Source: Octopus sinensis (lineage: Eukaryota). Taken from it: a DNA stretch of 64,000 nt. Every line of letters starts with the position of its first letter. Position 1 is the first letter of the stretch. A model generated the notes under the pieces. That model did no database searches. It saw only the letters and a list, made by a program, of their open reading frames with translations, and was not told where the DNA came from. The DNA lies in assembly GCF_006345805.1 (NCBI RefSeq), contig NC_043015.1, positions 19,840,001 through 19,904,000 of the forward strand. The letters run 5' to 3'. Position numbers and translations under genes: made by a program. Positions 42,032-54,003 of this stretch are shown one piece after another.

Positions 42032-43552
42032 ACACACATTTATATTATACATACATACACTGACACATTAATTAAATGAAATTTATAAATGGTTGGTCTA
42101 GGATGGATTGGTGAATATAATATCCTTTTATTCTTTTGTTTCAATCATTTGACTGCGGCCATGCTGAAACACTGCCTCTAGTCAAGCAAATCGAATCCCA
42201 GGATTTATTCCTTGTAAGCCTAGTACTTATTCTATCAGTCACTTTTGCCACACCGCTAAGTTACGGGGACATAAATACACCAGCATTGGTTGTCAAGTGA
42301 TGGTAGGGGGACATTGTTAGCCACTAAACACATTTTCTTCTCTCCTTGTTTTTTCTGTGTCCCTTTCTATAGAAGAGCATAGGCTCGAAACGTAAAAGAC
42401 TTTTTCTATTCCTAAGCGTTATACTAATACATTTGTTTGTTTTGTACACCACCTGTCTTCGTCTTTTGTTTTTTTCGTAAACTCTCCCTATATATATATA
42501 TATACAACAGGCTTCTTTCATTTCTACCAAATCCAGGCTTCTACCTAATCCACTCACGAGACGATGGTTGGCCCAAGGCTATAGTAGAAGACATTTGCCC
42601 AAGGTGCCACATAGTGGGACTGAATCCTACTTACCATGAAGCCACTCCTATGTACATCTAAACAAAACATCACATTATGATGCCTCCTTTTTTATTTTAT
42701 TTTTTTTGTTTCACACACACTGACACTTTGTTTAAATGTACACACATACATACACCAAAATAGAGAGTTGAATGTATTAACAAGTCAAATGTTAGAGAAA
42801 CTGAGAAAGAAATAGAATGACTGCAGTCCAGTCTGACAAACTATAAATCTTATGCTTTTATCCCAATTAAAAATATATATAAATATATATACTGAAACCA
42901 TAAAAGTACTAAAAACTTTACACAAGACAATTTAAAGAAGAAAAAAAAATGAAGGACAAGTGAAACTAATCTTAGGCAAAGAGAAGAAACAAATATAATT
43001 TTTTAAAAAGTAGAGATTTCAAGATTTATATGAAAGCTTAAGAAGAATAATTGTTAACCTTAAATACAGTAATTTAAGAAAAGAAGTAGGATCTAACATT
43101 TGTTGTTGTTTATATGTCACCCCATCCCCACCCCTTGGCTGAGTCAACCTTGGTCAGTAACCATATGATCAAAGCTGCTCCAGCCTTGAACATCCTATCT
43201 TTTAATTTCATAGTGTATCCAGGAGTACATTATCCAATGTGTTTTCTTTTTAAAACACTAGAGTTGATCCGAGAGAATTAGCAGCTATTATTTTGCAAGG
43301 CTTTCAGTTACATGAATTTTATATTCGAAATATGAACAGGAAAATGTTTTGGAAAAGAAAAGAAAAACAAGTTGGATGTCGGCTTGCCCTTAGTAACAGA
43401 TTTAATAGCCAAGTAATAAAGTAAAACAATATATACATTCAGATGTAACAGTACTCTCTCACACAAACACACATCCGCATCCCTCTGTATCTAGTTGCAT
43501 AAATCACCAGAATATAACTGTGTGCATGGGAAATATAAACAAAATATTCTTA

Positions 43553-43689
43553 CATTATTTACATTTGACGGTTACTTATCCTCATCTTGTTTATTGTTAA
43601 CAACGTTTCGGCTGATATACCCTCCAGCCTTCATCAGGTGTCTTGGGGAAATTTCAAACCTGGGTTCTCATTCCTAAGGTATTTTTCGA

Positions 43690-43728
<39 letters not shown>

Positions 43729-44048
43729 CCAGGTCCCTGCCTGAAATTGAACTCAGAATCTTGGGGTTAGTAGCCTGCGCTCTTAGCCACTACGCCATAT
43801 GCCTGAGCTCTTAACCCTAAGAGTCCAAGTTCAATTCCAGGCAGTGACCTGAATAATAAGAATAACATCGAAAAACACCTTAGGAATGAGAACCCAGGTT
43901 TGAAATTTCCCCAAGACACCTGATGAAGGCTGGAGGGTATATCAGCCGAAACATTGTGTTAACAACAACAAGATGAGGACAAATATCCGTCAAATGTAAA
44001 TAATGTAAATGATGTGCATAATTCCTCATCTCTTAAATATAGAACTGT
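43553..44048. mobile_element. Head-to-head pair of tRNA-headed, hammerhead-tailed SINEs with a 12-bp target-site duplication
   Basis: Copy with intact tRNA head on minus 43553-43803; 5'-truncated plus copy 43812-44048; AAAATATTCTTA at 43541-43552 and 44049-44060. Confidence 0.75.
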
Positions 44049-45346
44049 AAAATATTCTTATATCTCCTTCCTATGTTCTCTCACTTCATTCAAATCCCAC
44101 CAATGCTAAAAGTTGACTTTGCCCATCATCAAACTGGAAATCAATAAATTAAGTACCAATCATGTAATGGAGTTGATTTAATCAACTCGTGCCTCAGAAT
44201 TTATGATTTGGTCCCTATGACAGGAATATTTTATTCAAGTAAAAAAAAGCAGCATTTGGGGGCAGGACTTTGTGGGAGATGAGAAAGTTTGTGTCAAATG
44301 ACCAAGGGTGGTCTCAGGCGGATTGGTGCCAAAAGGGGTAACAAGTTCAAAATGTCATTGTTCTGAACACAATTCTAATAAGGATATCTCTCTTTCAGAG
44401 ATGGCTAAGAGTGTAAAGAGTTGATTTCAATATTTGACATAACTATTTCAGGACCTCACTTTTTCAATGTTCAAATCCCATCAAGGTCAAATTTCATTTG
44501 GAGATGGTTGAGAAAGTGGTGAAACAGACTAAATACCCTATCTCAACAAGATTCTTAGTAATCTCAGTGTTCTAGGGGGCAATTCAATCCACATCAGGAT
44601 GGACTGCCTTTCATTTCTCCAGTGGTGGTATTAGTAATGTAAGCCCTGCAAATATATTAATGGAATGAATTGAGAATGAACTTTGTCTTAACAAAAGAAA
44701 TTATTTCCTCTAAATGTGTGTGTGTGTGTGTGTGTGTTTTAAGAGTTAGTTTTCAAAACAAAGTAGAAAGGAAGCCATAAGCATGTGTGTTATTGTAGAC
44801 TTGTATTAACGAGTATTCTGTATATGTGTGAAATGTGTTGGATGTAATTCAAGAACACCAGAGGAGGTGGGGAGGAAAAAAAAACAAGCTCTATACCCTA
44901 CCTTCTTTAAATAAGGGGAGAGCTTAGAAAAGAGGAGGGAAAAAAGGATTGAAATAAAATATATATGAAGCCAGAAGACACTAAGCATCCCAGTGACAAT
45001 TTCTTTTTACGGTTATACGATATATAGTGAGGATAAAATATTGTCATGAACCAAAAAAAAACAGGTTTATACTGATGTGAAACTACAAAACTGTTTCATA
45101 TTGCTAGCATGAACATATAGAAATTCATGTGGTGATTTATGCAACTAAATACAGAGGTGTGGGGGAGGGGTATATCACTATGTTATTCGATAATATACAG
45201 AGAGAAAAAAGGATAAAATAATAAGGAAGGGTGACCAAAATTTATGGTGTTAGGAGAAAATATTTACCAATTATGGATAGACACGTGCATTTAAAGAAAC
45301 ATTTGAAAAGTAGATATCATATGTTGCATAAGACTGTATACATTGC

Positions 45347-45377
<31 letters not shown>

Positions 45378-46823
45378 ACGATACATTTATATATGTATAT
45401 CCCAGGTTGGCTTCATCTTTCACCCTTCCAGAGGATGATAATATAAGTACCCAAGTACTGTGTACAAATGTAATTAACTATATATTGAAGGTGGTACCCC
45501 ATGCTGGGGTATCATTTTCAAGTGTGGCCCCAGTCTAATGACTGAAAGCAATAAAAAGTAAAAAATAAAAAAATTGAAGTGTGTATTATAACACAACCAC
45601 ATACAGCTGTGGTTAAAAAGTTCACTTCAAACCACTTGGTTTTAAGTTCAGTTCCATTGTGTGGCACCATAGACCTGAACCTTCAATAGACCTGAACCTA
45701 GCAAAATCTTGTGAATGGATTTAATAGATGGAAACTGAAAGAATCCCATTACAAAATGTATATATGCATATGCGGGAGGGGGTGACTCTTTGTCTTAACA
45801 TCACATGACAGTTGTTAATGAGCATTGCCATCATACAATCAGTGCCTTTCACTTCCAATTTTGAGTAAAAACATGCTCAGTTATGGGTGGGGATGGGAAG
45901 AATGTTACCCTGCTTGGAAACAGGTGAGGGCTCATAACAAGAAAGTCATCTAGCTACAGAAAATCTGCCTTAACGAATTCTGTCTGACCCATACAAACAT
46001 AGAAAAGTAGATACAAAGTCCACATAAAAACCACCCATGCCAGTCCATGTAGAAAGCACTAGTACCAATACATATAAAAAAAGGATTCATGGTGGCGCCA
46101 CATAAAAAGCACCCAGCACACTCTGCAAAATAGTTGGTGTTAGGAAGGGCATCCAGCCATGGTTCCTATGTAGAAATAAAGCCAAATCAGACCAGAACCT
46201 GATACAGTTCTCAAGCTTGCCAACTCTGGTCAAATCCATCCAACCCATGCCAGCATGGAAAACAGATGATGATGATGATGATAAACACACACAAAACATA
46301 CACATGACTATAGCTACATATGAGCAAGGTGATGAGCTGGCAGAAACATGAGCACTCCAGGTGAAATGCTTAGCACTATTTCATCTGTCTTTATGTTCTG
46401 AGTTCAAATTCTACTGAGGTCAACTTTGCCTTTTGTCCTTTCGGGGTCACTAAATTAAGTACCAGTTGCATACTGGGATCAATCTAATCAACTGGCCCCT
46501 CCTCAAAACTTTCGGGCTTTGTGTCTAGAGTAGAAAAGTATATCTACATACGAGCTTACACACACACACAGCCATAAACCAAAGGTAAAATAAATGGGTG
46601 TCCAGTTTTAATGAGATGTATTCCTACCATTCAAGCAAATGAATTGGCCACCTGTCAAATTCTCATGTAGGTGGTTGAGTATTCCATGTACATTTGTGCC
46701 CTTAACCTTTAACATACCAACCCACCTGAGATGAGCTTTGGGTCGGTTTTAAAGCAATATACATTAAAACTTTCCATCAGAATTTCATGGTAATTCAGGC
46801 TTCAAATACAAGCTTAGTGCACA

Positions 46824-47205
46824 GGAGCAGCTGTGGGGTAAGTAACTTGCTTACGAACCACATGGTTCCGGGTTCATTCCCACTGCATGGCACCTTGGGC
46901 AAGTGTTTTCTACTATAGCCTTGGGCTGACCAAAACCTTGTGAGTGGATTTGGTAGACGGAAACTGAAAGAAGCCCGTCATATATATGTATATGTTTGTG
47001 TGTCTGTGTTTGTCCCCCCCAACAGCGCTTGACAACCGATGGTGGTGTGTTTACGTCCCCTGTAACTTAGCGGTTCAGCAAAAGAGACCAATAGAATAAG
47101 TACTAGGCTTACAAAGAATAAATCCTGGGGTCGATTTGGATGACTAAAGGTGGTGCTCCAGCATGGCCACAGTCAAATGACTGAAACAAGTAAAAGGGTA
47201 AAAGA
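46824..47205 (+). mobile_element. SINE family A copy
   Basis: Same head, centre and tail. Confidence 0.85.
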
Positions 47206-47394
47206 AAATATACATACACATATATATATGCACATACATCTACACACACACACACAGACACATATATATATATACACACACACAAATATATTACATATAT
47301 ACACACACATATATATATATATATATACATGCATACACACGTATACATACATACGCACACACATGCACACACACACATACATACATACACGCAT

Positions 47395-47575
47395 ACATAC
47401 ACAAATATATATATATATACATACATATACAAACATATATATATACATACATATACAAACATATATATATACATACATATACAAACATATATATATACAT
47501 ACATATACAAACATATATATATACATACATATACAAACATATATATACATACATATACAAACATATATATATATA
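47395..47575 (+). repeat. ~26-bp (TA/CA)-derived minisatellite
   Basis: ACAAACATATATATATACATACATAT repeated in tandem. Confidence 0.9.
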
Positions 47576-47598
47576 TAATATAATATAATATATATATA

Positions 47599-47935
47599 CG
47601 GTTAAGTAATGAGATTCTAGTGAATTCTAAAGAATTCACATGAATATGGTCCTTAACTAGGATGCACCGGAAATCTATATGGTGTTAACCATACGACAAG
47701 TGGGGTGATTACAAATAGGAAAAAAGCAACAAGAATGGATTAAAATCTCGGTACGATCGTTCGTACGAGGACATCTTTAATAAGCTACAAAAAATGCAGT
47801 GAATACAGATGGCTCGTACTCGTCAGCCGACGAGTACGAGCCATCTGTATTCACTGCATTTTTTGTAGCTTATTAAAGATGTCCTCGTACGAAACGATCG
47901 TACCGAGATTTTAATCCATTCTTGTTGCTTTTTAC
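47599..47935 (-). mobile_element. Penelope-like element, same family, with fold-back 47721-47933
   Basis: Shares tgaatatggt..gatgcacc..tggggtgatt..aagcaacaagaatgg with the 58.1-kb copy; ~104-bp arms, 4-nt loop; TA-rich flanks. Confidence 0.62.
47746..47907. ncRNA. Hammerhead ribozyme fold, two partially defective mirror copies
   Basis: Reconstruction TCGG-CTGACGA-GTACGAG..CTCGTAC-GAAAC-GATC-GTA-CCGA; minus arm has GAAC (one A missing), plus arm has CCGACGA. Confidence 0.6.
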
Positions 47936-48228
47936 TATATATATATAAATATATCATATATATATATATAATATATATATATATTATATACAACATATAT
48001 ATAACTTTTCAGTACCCCAGTGGCAGTTGCAATAAAATAAGTACCAGTAATATCCACGACAAAGTTGAAAACAGCATGTATACATATAGCAATACACACA
48101 CATCTATACTACATATAATATATATATACATCAATACATATGAGTATATATATATATACATCAATACATAGTGTTGTATGTATTATATAATATATATATA
48201 TATACATCAATACATATGAGTGTGTATG

Positions 48229-48259
<31 letters not shown>

Positions 48260-48262
48260 GTA

Positions 48263-48296
<34 letters not shown>

Positions 48297-49139
48297 TAGG
48301 TGTGTGTGTGTATATAAATTCACAAATCCACACTTCTATACAGACAGGAGCCTAGACAAAGAAAACAGTGGTGATTAGTGCAGTGCTTGCTCCTGCTGAT
48401 GAGATACACCCCACAGATCCCCACCCTCCTCCACATTGAAGAGTCTTAACTAGTGCTGAAGTAAATCCCCTTACTGACAGAAAAGAAAAAAAAAGCATAA
48501 AAGGTAAGGGAAGAACAAATAGCTAAAAGAAGAGAAGAACTACCATCAACAACATCTTGTAGTCAGAAATTTCTTGAATGGGAAGCAGGCTTTACCAAAT
48601 TCTCTAATTCCACTCCTCTTGTTCCTCCTTTCCTTTCTTGCTTCCTTTAACTATTTAAGAAGTGCTGAAGAGATGAAAGACAATAAAAAGAAAGGAAAGA
48701 GGGAGGGAGAGAATGAGAGCAGGCAGAAGGCGGAACACACTTCCTATCATCGTTTTATCCTCCAAGAGCTGTACAACTGATTAAAGAATCTACTTTTTGG
48801 CTTTGGAACATGAGATGAAGAAAAAAAGGAAGAAAGGAGTTTCTATACTTTTATCATCTGAGAAATTCATCGAATTAGTTTTACTTTGAGAAATGGGAAT
48901 ACTCTAAAGACACTGATTAAAGGTAAATACACAATATATATATATGTATGTATCTGTGTGTGTGTGAGTGGTTTTGTTTATATATACTTACATTTGACTA
49001 TATAGCCAGTAACTAGTAAAATCAAAGTCTTATATACATTTCTGAATGTGTGCGTGTGTAACATGATATCACAGTAAGAAAATACGTGAAAGATTCATGA
49101 ACACCTATTCATACAGATATCAAAACACATACATTCCCA

Positions 49140-49500
49140 TGTACACACATCTTTATATACATATAAGAACATATATACACACATCTTTATATACATATAA
49201 GAACATATATACACACATCTTTATATACATATAAGAACATATAAAAACACACATCTTTATATACATATAAGAACATATTTACACACATCTTTATATACAT
49301 ATAAGAACATATATATATATATATACACACATCTTTATATATAGATACACCTTTATATACATAAGAACATATTCACACACCTTTATATACATATAAGAAC
49401 ATATATTCACACACCTTTATATACATATAAGAATATATATACACACATCTTTATATACATATAAGAACATACATATATACACATTTTTATATACATGTAA
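49140..49500 (+). repeat. ~32-bp AT-rich minisatellite (ACACATCTTTATATACATATAAGAACATATAT-like)
   Basis: About ten variable tandem units. Confidence 0.9.
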
Positions 49501-49539
49501 GAGCATACACACACATAAACAAATATAGAGGACCGTGTG

Positions 49540-49578
<39 letters not shown>

Positions 49579-49952
49579 TATATGTATGAATGTATACATA
49601 CATGTGTGAATATGTGTGTATAGATAGATAGATAGATAGATATGTACACACAAATATTTATGGAAATATATGTTTATATAAGTACTAGGACCAATGTTAA
49701 AGAGTATAATGAGTTTTTCTCCCTATTTATTTCATACTAATGTATATATTCTTATTTATATAACATATATACACAAACGCTATACAAACTTATACACATT
49801 TTCAAAGTAACATATAAACATGCATGCATATATTTATGCATCTACATACCATTATATATAAACAGCTGTTCATACACACACATTCAGAGAACTATATATA
49901 TATGTTACTTTGAAAATGTGTGTAAGTTTGTATAGCGTTTGTGTGTGTGTGC

Positions 49953-50330
49953 AATGGCCCAGTGGTTAGGGCAGCGGACTCGTGGTCATAGGATCGCGGT
50001 TTTGATTCCCAGACCGGGCGTTGTGAGTGTTTACTGACCGAAAACACCTAAAGCTCCATGAGGCTCCGGCAGGGGATGGTGGTGATCCCTGCTGTACTCT
50101 TTCACCACAACTTTCTCTCACTCTTACTTCCTGTTTCTGTTGTACCTGTATTTCAAAGGGCCGGCCATGTCACTCTCTGTGTCACGCTGAATATCCCCAA
50201 GCACTACGTTAAGGGTACACGTGTCTGTGGAGTGCTCAGCCACTTACACGTTAATTTCACGAGCAGGCTGTTCTGTTGATTCGGATCAACCGGAACCCTC
50301 GTCGTCGTAACCGACGGAGTGCTTCCAGAG
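49953..50330 (+). mobile_element. tRNA-derived SINE family C
   Basis: A-box TGGCCCAGTGG, B-box-like GGTTTTGATTCCC; 3' half shared with ~15235-15570. Confidence 0.75.
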
Positions 50331-50675
50331 TGTGTATATATATATATATATATATATATTAAGTGTGCAGGCATGGCTGTGTGGTAAGTAGCTTGCTTAC
50401 TAACCACATGGTTCTGGGTTCAGCCCCACACCTTCAGTAAGTGTCTTCTACTATAGCCTCAGGCCGACCAAAGTCTTGTATATATATATATATATAAAAA
50501 CTTAGATAAAACTTGGATGTATTTCGACCAAAGATTGGTCCAGGCCATGTCTAACTTAATAGCACCACCTGATAGGATTATCTAAATCCTGTTTAAGTCA
50601 AGTTTTTTTTATGATCCGTTCAAGTAGTGAGTTTTTGTTGGGTGAGTTGTATCCAATTATATATATACATATATA

Positions 50676-50740
<65 letters not shown>

Positions 50741-51980
50741 CTGTGTTTGTCCCCCAACCATTGCTTGACAACCAATGCTGGTGTGTTTACGTCCCTGTAA
50801 CTTAGTGCTTCAGCAAAGAGACTGATAGATTAAATACTAGGCTTACAAGGAATAAGTTCTGGGGTCGATTTGTTCGACTAAAGGCGGTGCATGGCCACAG
50901 TCAAATGACTGAAGCAAAAGAATAACAGAATATACACACACACATATGCATACATGTATTCACATACATACTACACATATTTACACACGTATTAATATAT
51001 CCATACAATTTACTTACACAGGCATGCATATTCATATATACATACATGTATATACACACACAAACACATACATGCATGAACATGTATAGTTGTATATACA
51101 TATATACACTCATCATATATGTATACTATACAGGTCAAATGTTTTAGCTTTTAATACAATAAGTATATAAAAACCATCTTTGTTTACATAACATACATTT
51201 CCTTTTCTCTTTCCCCGTAAAGTCAGACAAAAACAATATTATTCAATATTTTTATATTTTCACAAATATTTTATAATTATTAGAAAAAAGACAAATCTCT
51301 ACATCAAATGCATATGAAATAGATAAACATTTTATAAAATGTTGACTTATAGAATTCAGTCCACAAGTAATTCAAATTATAAATTAAATAATGTGGATAT
51401 TTACAAACAAAATCCTAATTATTTGTTTTTAATTATAGGTTTGTGAAAGAGGAGAGAGAGAGTTTGATAAGTGATATACACGAAACTAGCTGCTCTTGAG
51501 CCACTTCTGTAACTTGTTGATTTAAAAAAATCAAAAATTAATATGTACTCATGTACTTCTCATGCTTGCTCTACCAAGCTTTTTTTTTTGTGTGTGTGTG
51601 TGTACACACACACATCATCAATTAACATCCATTTCCCATTCTGACATGGATTCAATGGTGTGAAAGGAATTGGTGTGCCAGAGGGCTGCACCAGGTCCCA
51701 ATCTGCTCTGGCATGATTTCTGCAGCTGGACACCTTCCTAATGCCAACTGCTTTGCAGAATGTACTGGGTACATATTTTGTAGTGCCAACACAGGTGCTT
51801 TTTTTTAATATTCCACACACACACACACACATGGCCCCTGACCTTGCTAGCTCCTGTCAAAAATGGTCATTAAATGATGGTGATCTGCAGATATATATCT
51901 GCCTTTGTATATAATATACATTTATGTATGTGCACGTATATATGTGTGTGTGTGTGTAGATAAAAATGTAACTGTGCACA

Positions 51981-52028
<48 letters not shown>

Positions 52029-52455
52029 TGTGCAAAAGATATGTCTGAAAATTTTTTTTACATGGAAATCTGTTCACAATTATACTTTTGGGTGGATTCT
52101 TGGAACACGCCAACAAACACAATACTTAACAGAATGACCAACAATGCCTCAGTACAAATAAACAAAACAGATTCAAATAGTCACACCACAATCATTTAAA
52201 ACACAAAAACATTTTTATCAACAGAATTTAAATAAATAGAGAAATGCTGCTTTCATTGAAAAATAAGCAAGTTATGGCAAAATAACGAGTTATGGCAAAA
52301 TAACACCAGCAAAATAAAATAAAAAAATTTTTCCCCATTATTTATCAAGAATTAGAATTTTATTATTATTTCTAACTTAATACAATGATAAGCATGAAGC
52401 ACTGAATATTTTTTTGTTGTTTGTTTTTGTGCATGTAAGTGCATATATGAAGAAA

Positions 52456-52487
52456 ACTAATATATTTTTCTCTTTCTTCTTCCAAAG
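52456..52487 (+). promoter_or_regulatory. Candidate 3' splice site of a 5'-UTR intron of the GT92 gene
   Basis: Branch-like ACTAAT 52456-52461, polypyrimidine tract 52465-52483, AG at 52486-52487, 13 nt before the ATG. Confidence 0.55.
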
Positions 52488-52500
52488 ACAGTAAATAAAT

Positions 52501-54003
52501 ATGCAGCGAGATGTGTTCCTTCTATCCGTGGTACTTCTTTACTGTATCATCTTCCTCATGTTACACTCACATCTTAAAAGAATCAATAACCCCATAACAC
52601 AGAAATTCATTGCTAAACAACAAGAGAATGACAACACAGTAAAAACTACCACAGCACCAACAGAATCAGGATTGGTAGCAGAACAAGGAGAAAATGTACA
52701 GCAACTCCAACAACCATTTCCAAAGAAAATAAACATTCTCAAGCAGCATCAAAATAAAGAAAGTTTCGTTATTAAACGCAATTACAGTGAAGCAAATATA
52801 CACCTGCCTCAATCAATAAAACCAAAACTGGAAAACATTTCCGATTCAAAAGCAAATTGTTCTAAATGCAAGAAGCTGCCATATTCTGGAAGTTTCCAAA
52901 ATATATCTGGTATTTTTGTACTGACCACATTTTATGACCAAAGAATTCCCTCCAAGCATCGAATTCGTATTTTGGCTGTACAGGATGCTAAAGATAACCG
53001 CAAACTTGTCTGCTGGTTTAAAAATGGCACATATTTGGTGCAATCATATGCTACTAAATACGAGATGTGTGAGAACCATGGACGTAAGTTTGGAGGATGG
53101 ATTTATTCTTGTCTGGTGCCAAAAGGCATGGCATCAATCAAAGTTGTGTACTTGTCTCTTTATACCAACAATATCCTTGCTCCACTGACAAAAATGGATT
53201 TAATTTCACTCACCAAAACAGGAACAAAGAAATTATTTGGAGTCTGTATACCTCCTTTGTTTGGATCCGTTGGAATGACAAAACTTGTACAATTTTTAGA
53301 ACTGAATCGAATTTTAGGAGCTTCACATTTCCATTTCTATCTCCATAATGCTTCTAGCAGTGTTCGGGTTATATTAAATCACTATGCCAAGTTAAAATTA
53401 GCTACACTTTTTGAATGGGAGCTACCATCAGTTATAACTAACAACAACATATGGTACCATGGCCAACTTCTGGCAATACAAGACTGTCTCTACAGAAATA
53501 TGGCTAACTTCCAGTTCCTACTGTTTTCAGATTTAGACGAATTTGTCATCCCACGTAAAACATACACATGGCCGAGACTAGTAAATTACTTGAAAGACTT
53601 AAATAAAAATCACCCCAGTGAAAATACATTAGGATTTTCTTTCAAAAGTGCATTCTTTGATCCTTGGCAAACCCCCGACAACAGCCAACAGTTGAGCTAC
53701 TTACAACGGCTATATCGGAGCAAATCAATAAGTAATGTTCGGACAAAGGTTATGATTCAACCAGACAAAGTGTTTGAATTAGGCATCCATCATGTAAGTA
53801 AACCAATCTTTGAGAACTTAACTATAACTAATATCGATCCAGAAATAGCAATGATACACCATTATCAACCATGTATGGTAAGATATGAACCTAAAATGCA
53901 ATGCTCACCAAAAATAAGAGATGCGACAATTCTCAAATACACCAAACAACTTCAAAATAATTACAATCAAAGAGTGAAAGAATTATTCAAAGATTTCTTG
54001 TGA
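52501..54003 (+). CDS. Glycosyltransferase family 92 (DUF23; GALT-1-like beta-1,4-galactosyltransferase-like), type II membrane protein, 500 aa, single coding exon
   Basis: Uninterrupted non-repetitive 500-aa ORF; short N-tail, hydrophobic TM (VFLLSVVLLYCIIFLML), stem, then GT92-type motifs VQFLELNRILGASHFHFY, HGQLLAIQDCLYRN and DxD in FSDLDEFVIP. Confidence 0.88.
   Translation: MQRDVFLLSVVLLYCIIFLMLHSHLKRINNPITQKFIAKQQENDNTVKTTTAPTESGLVAEQGENVQQLQQPFPKKINILKQHQNKESFVIKRNYSEANIHLPQSIKPKLENISDSKANCSKCKKLPYSGSFQNISGIFVLTTFYDQRIPSKHRIRILAVQDAKDNRKLVCWFKNGTYLVQSYATKYEMCENHGRKFGGWIYSCLVPKGMASIKVVYLSLYTNNILAPLTKMDLISLTKTGTKKLFGVCIPPLFGSVGMTKLVQFLELNRILGASHFHFYLHNASSSVRVILNHYAKLKLATLFEWELPSVITNNNIWYHGQLLAIQDCLYRNMANFQFLLFSDLDEFVIPRKTYTWPRLVNYLKDLNKNHPSENTLGFSFKSAFFDPWQTPDNSQQLSYLQRLYRSKSISNVRTKVMIQPDKVFELGIHHVSKPIFENLTITNIDPEIAMIHHYQPCMVRYEPKMQCSPKIRDATILKYTKQLQNNYNQRVKELFKDFL

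Noticed and set aside
47109-47639. Long ORFs rich in Y/I/C/V/H/T (also 13764-14252, 14832-15240, 61285-61659)
   Set aside because: Translations of (TA)n, (CA)n and (GA)n microsatellites; no coding signal
48330-48660. Possible decayed coding segment or upstream exon of the GT92 gene
   Set aside because: Multiple stops, no recognisable homology, no clear splice signals
49953-50030. tRNA genes at SINE heads
   Set aside because: A- and B-boxes are present, but acceptor stems are incomplete and the heads run into SINE bodies
50490-50670. Possible further hammerhead in a TA-flanked insert (minus strand GACC..GGTCGAAA)
   Set aside because: A stem II-like hairpin and GAAA are present, but there is no CUGANGA core or convincing stem I
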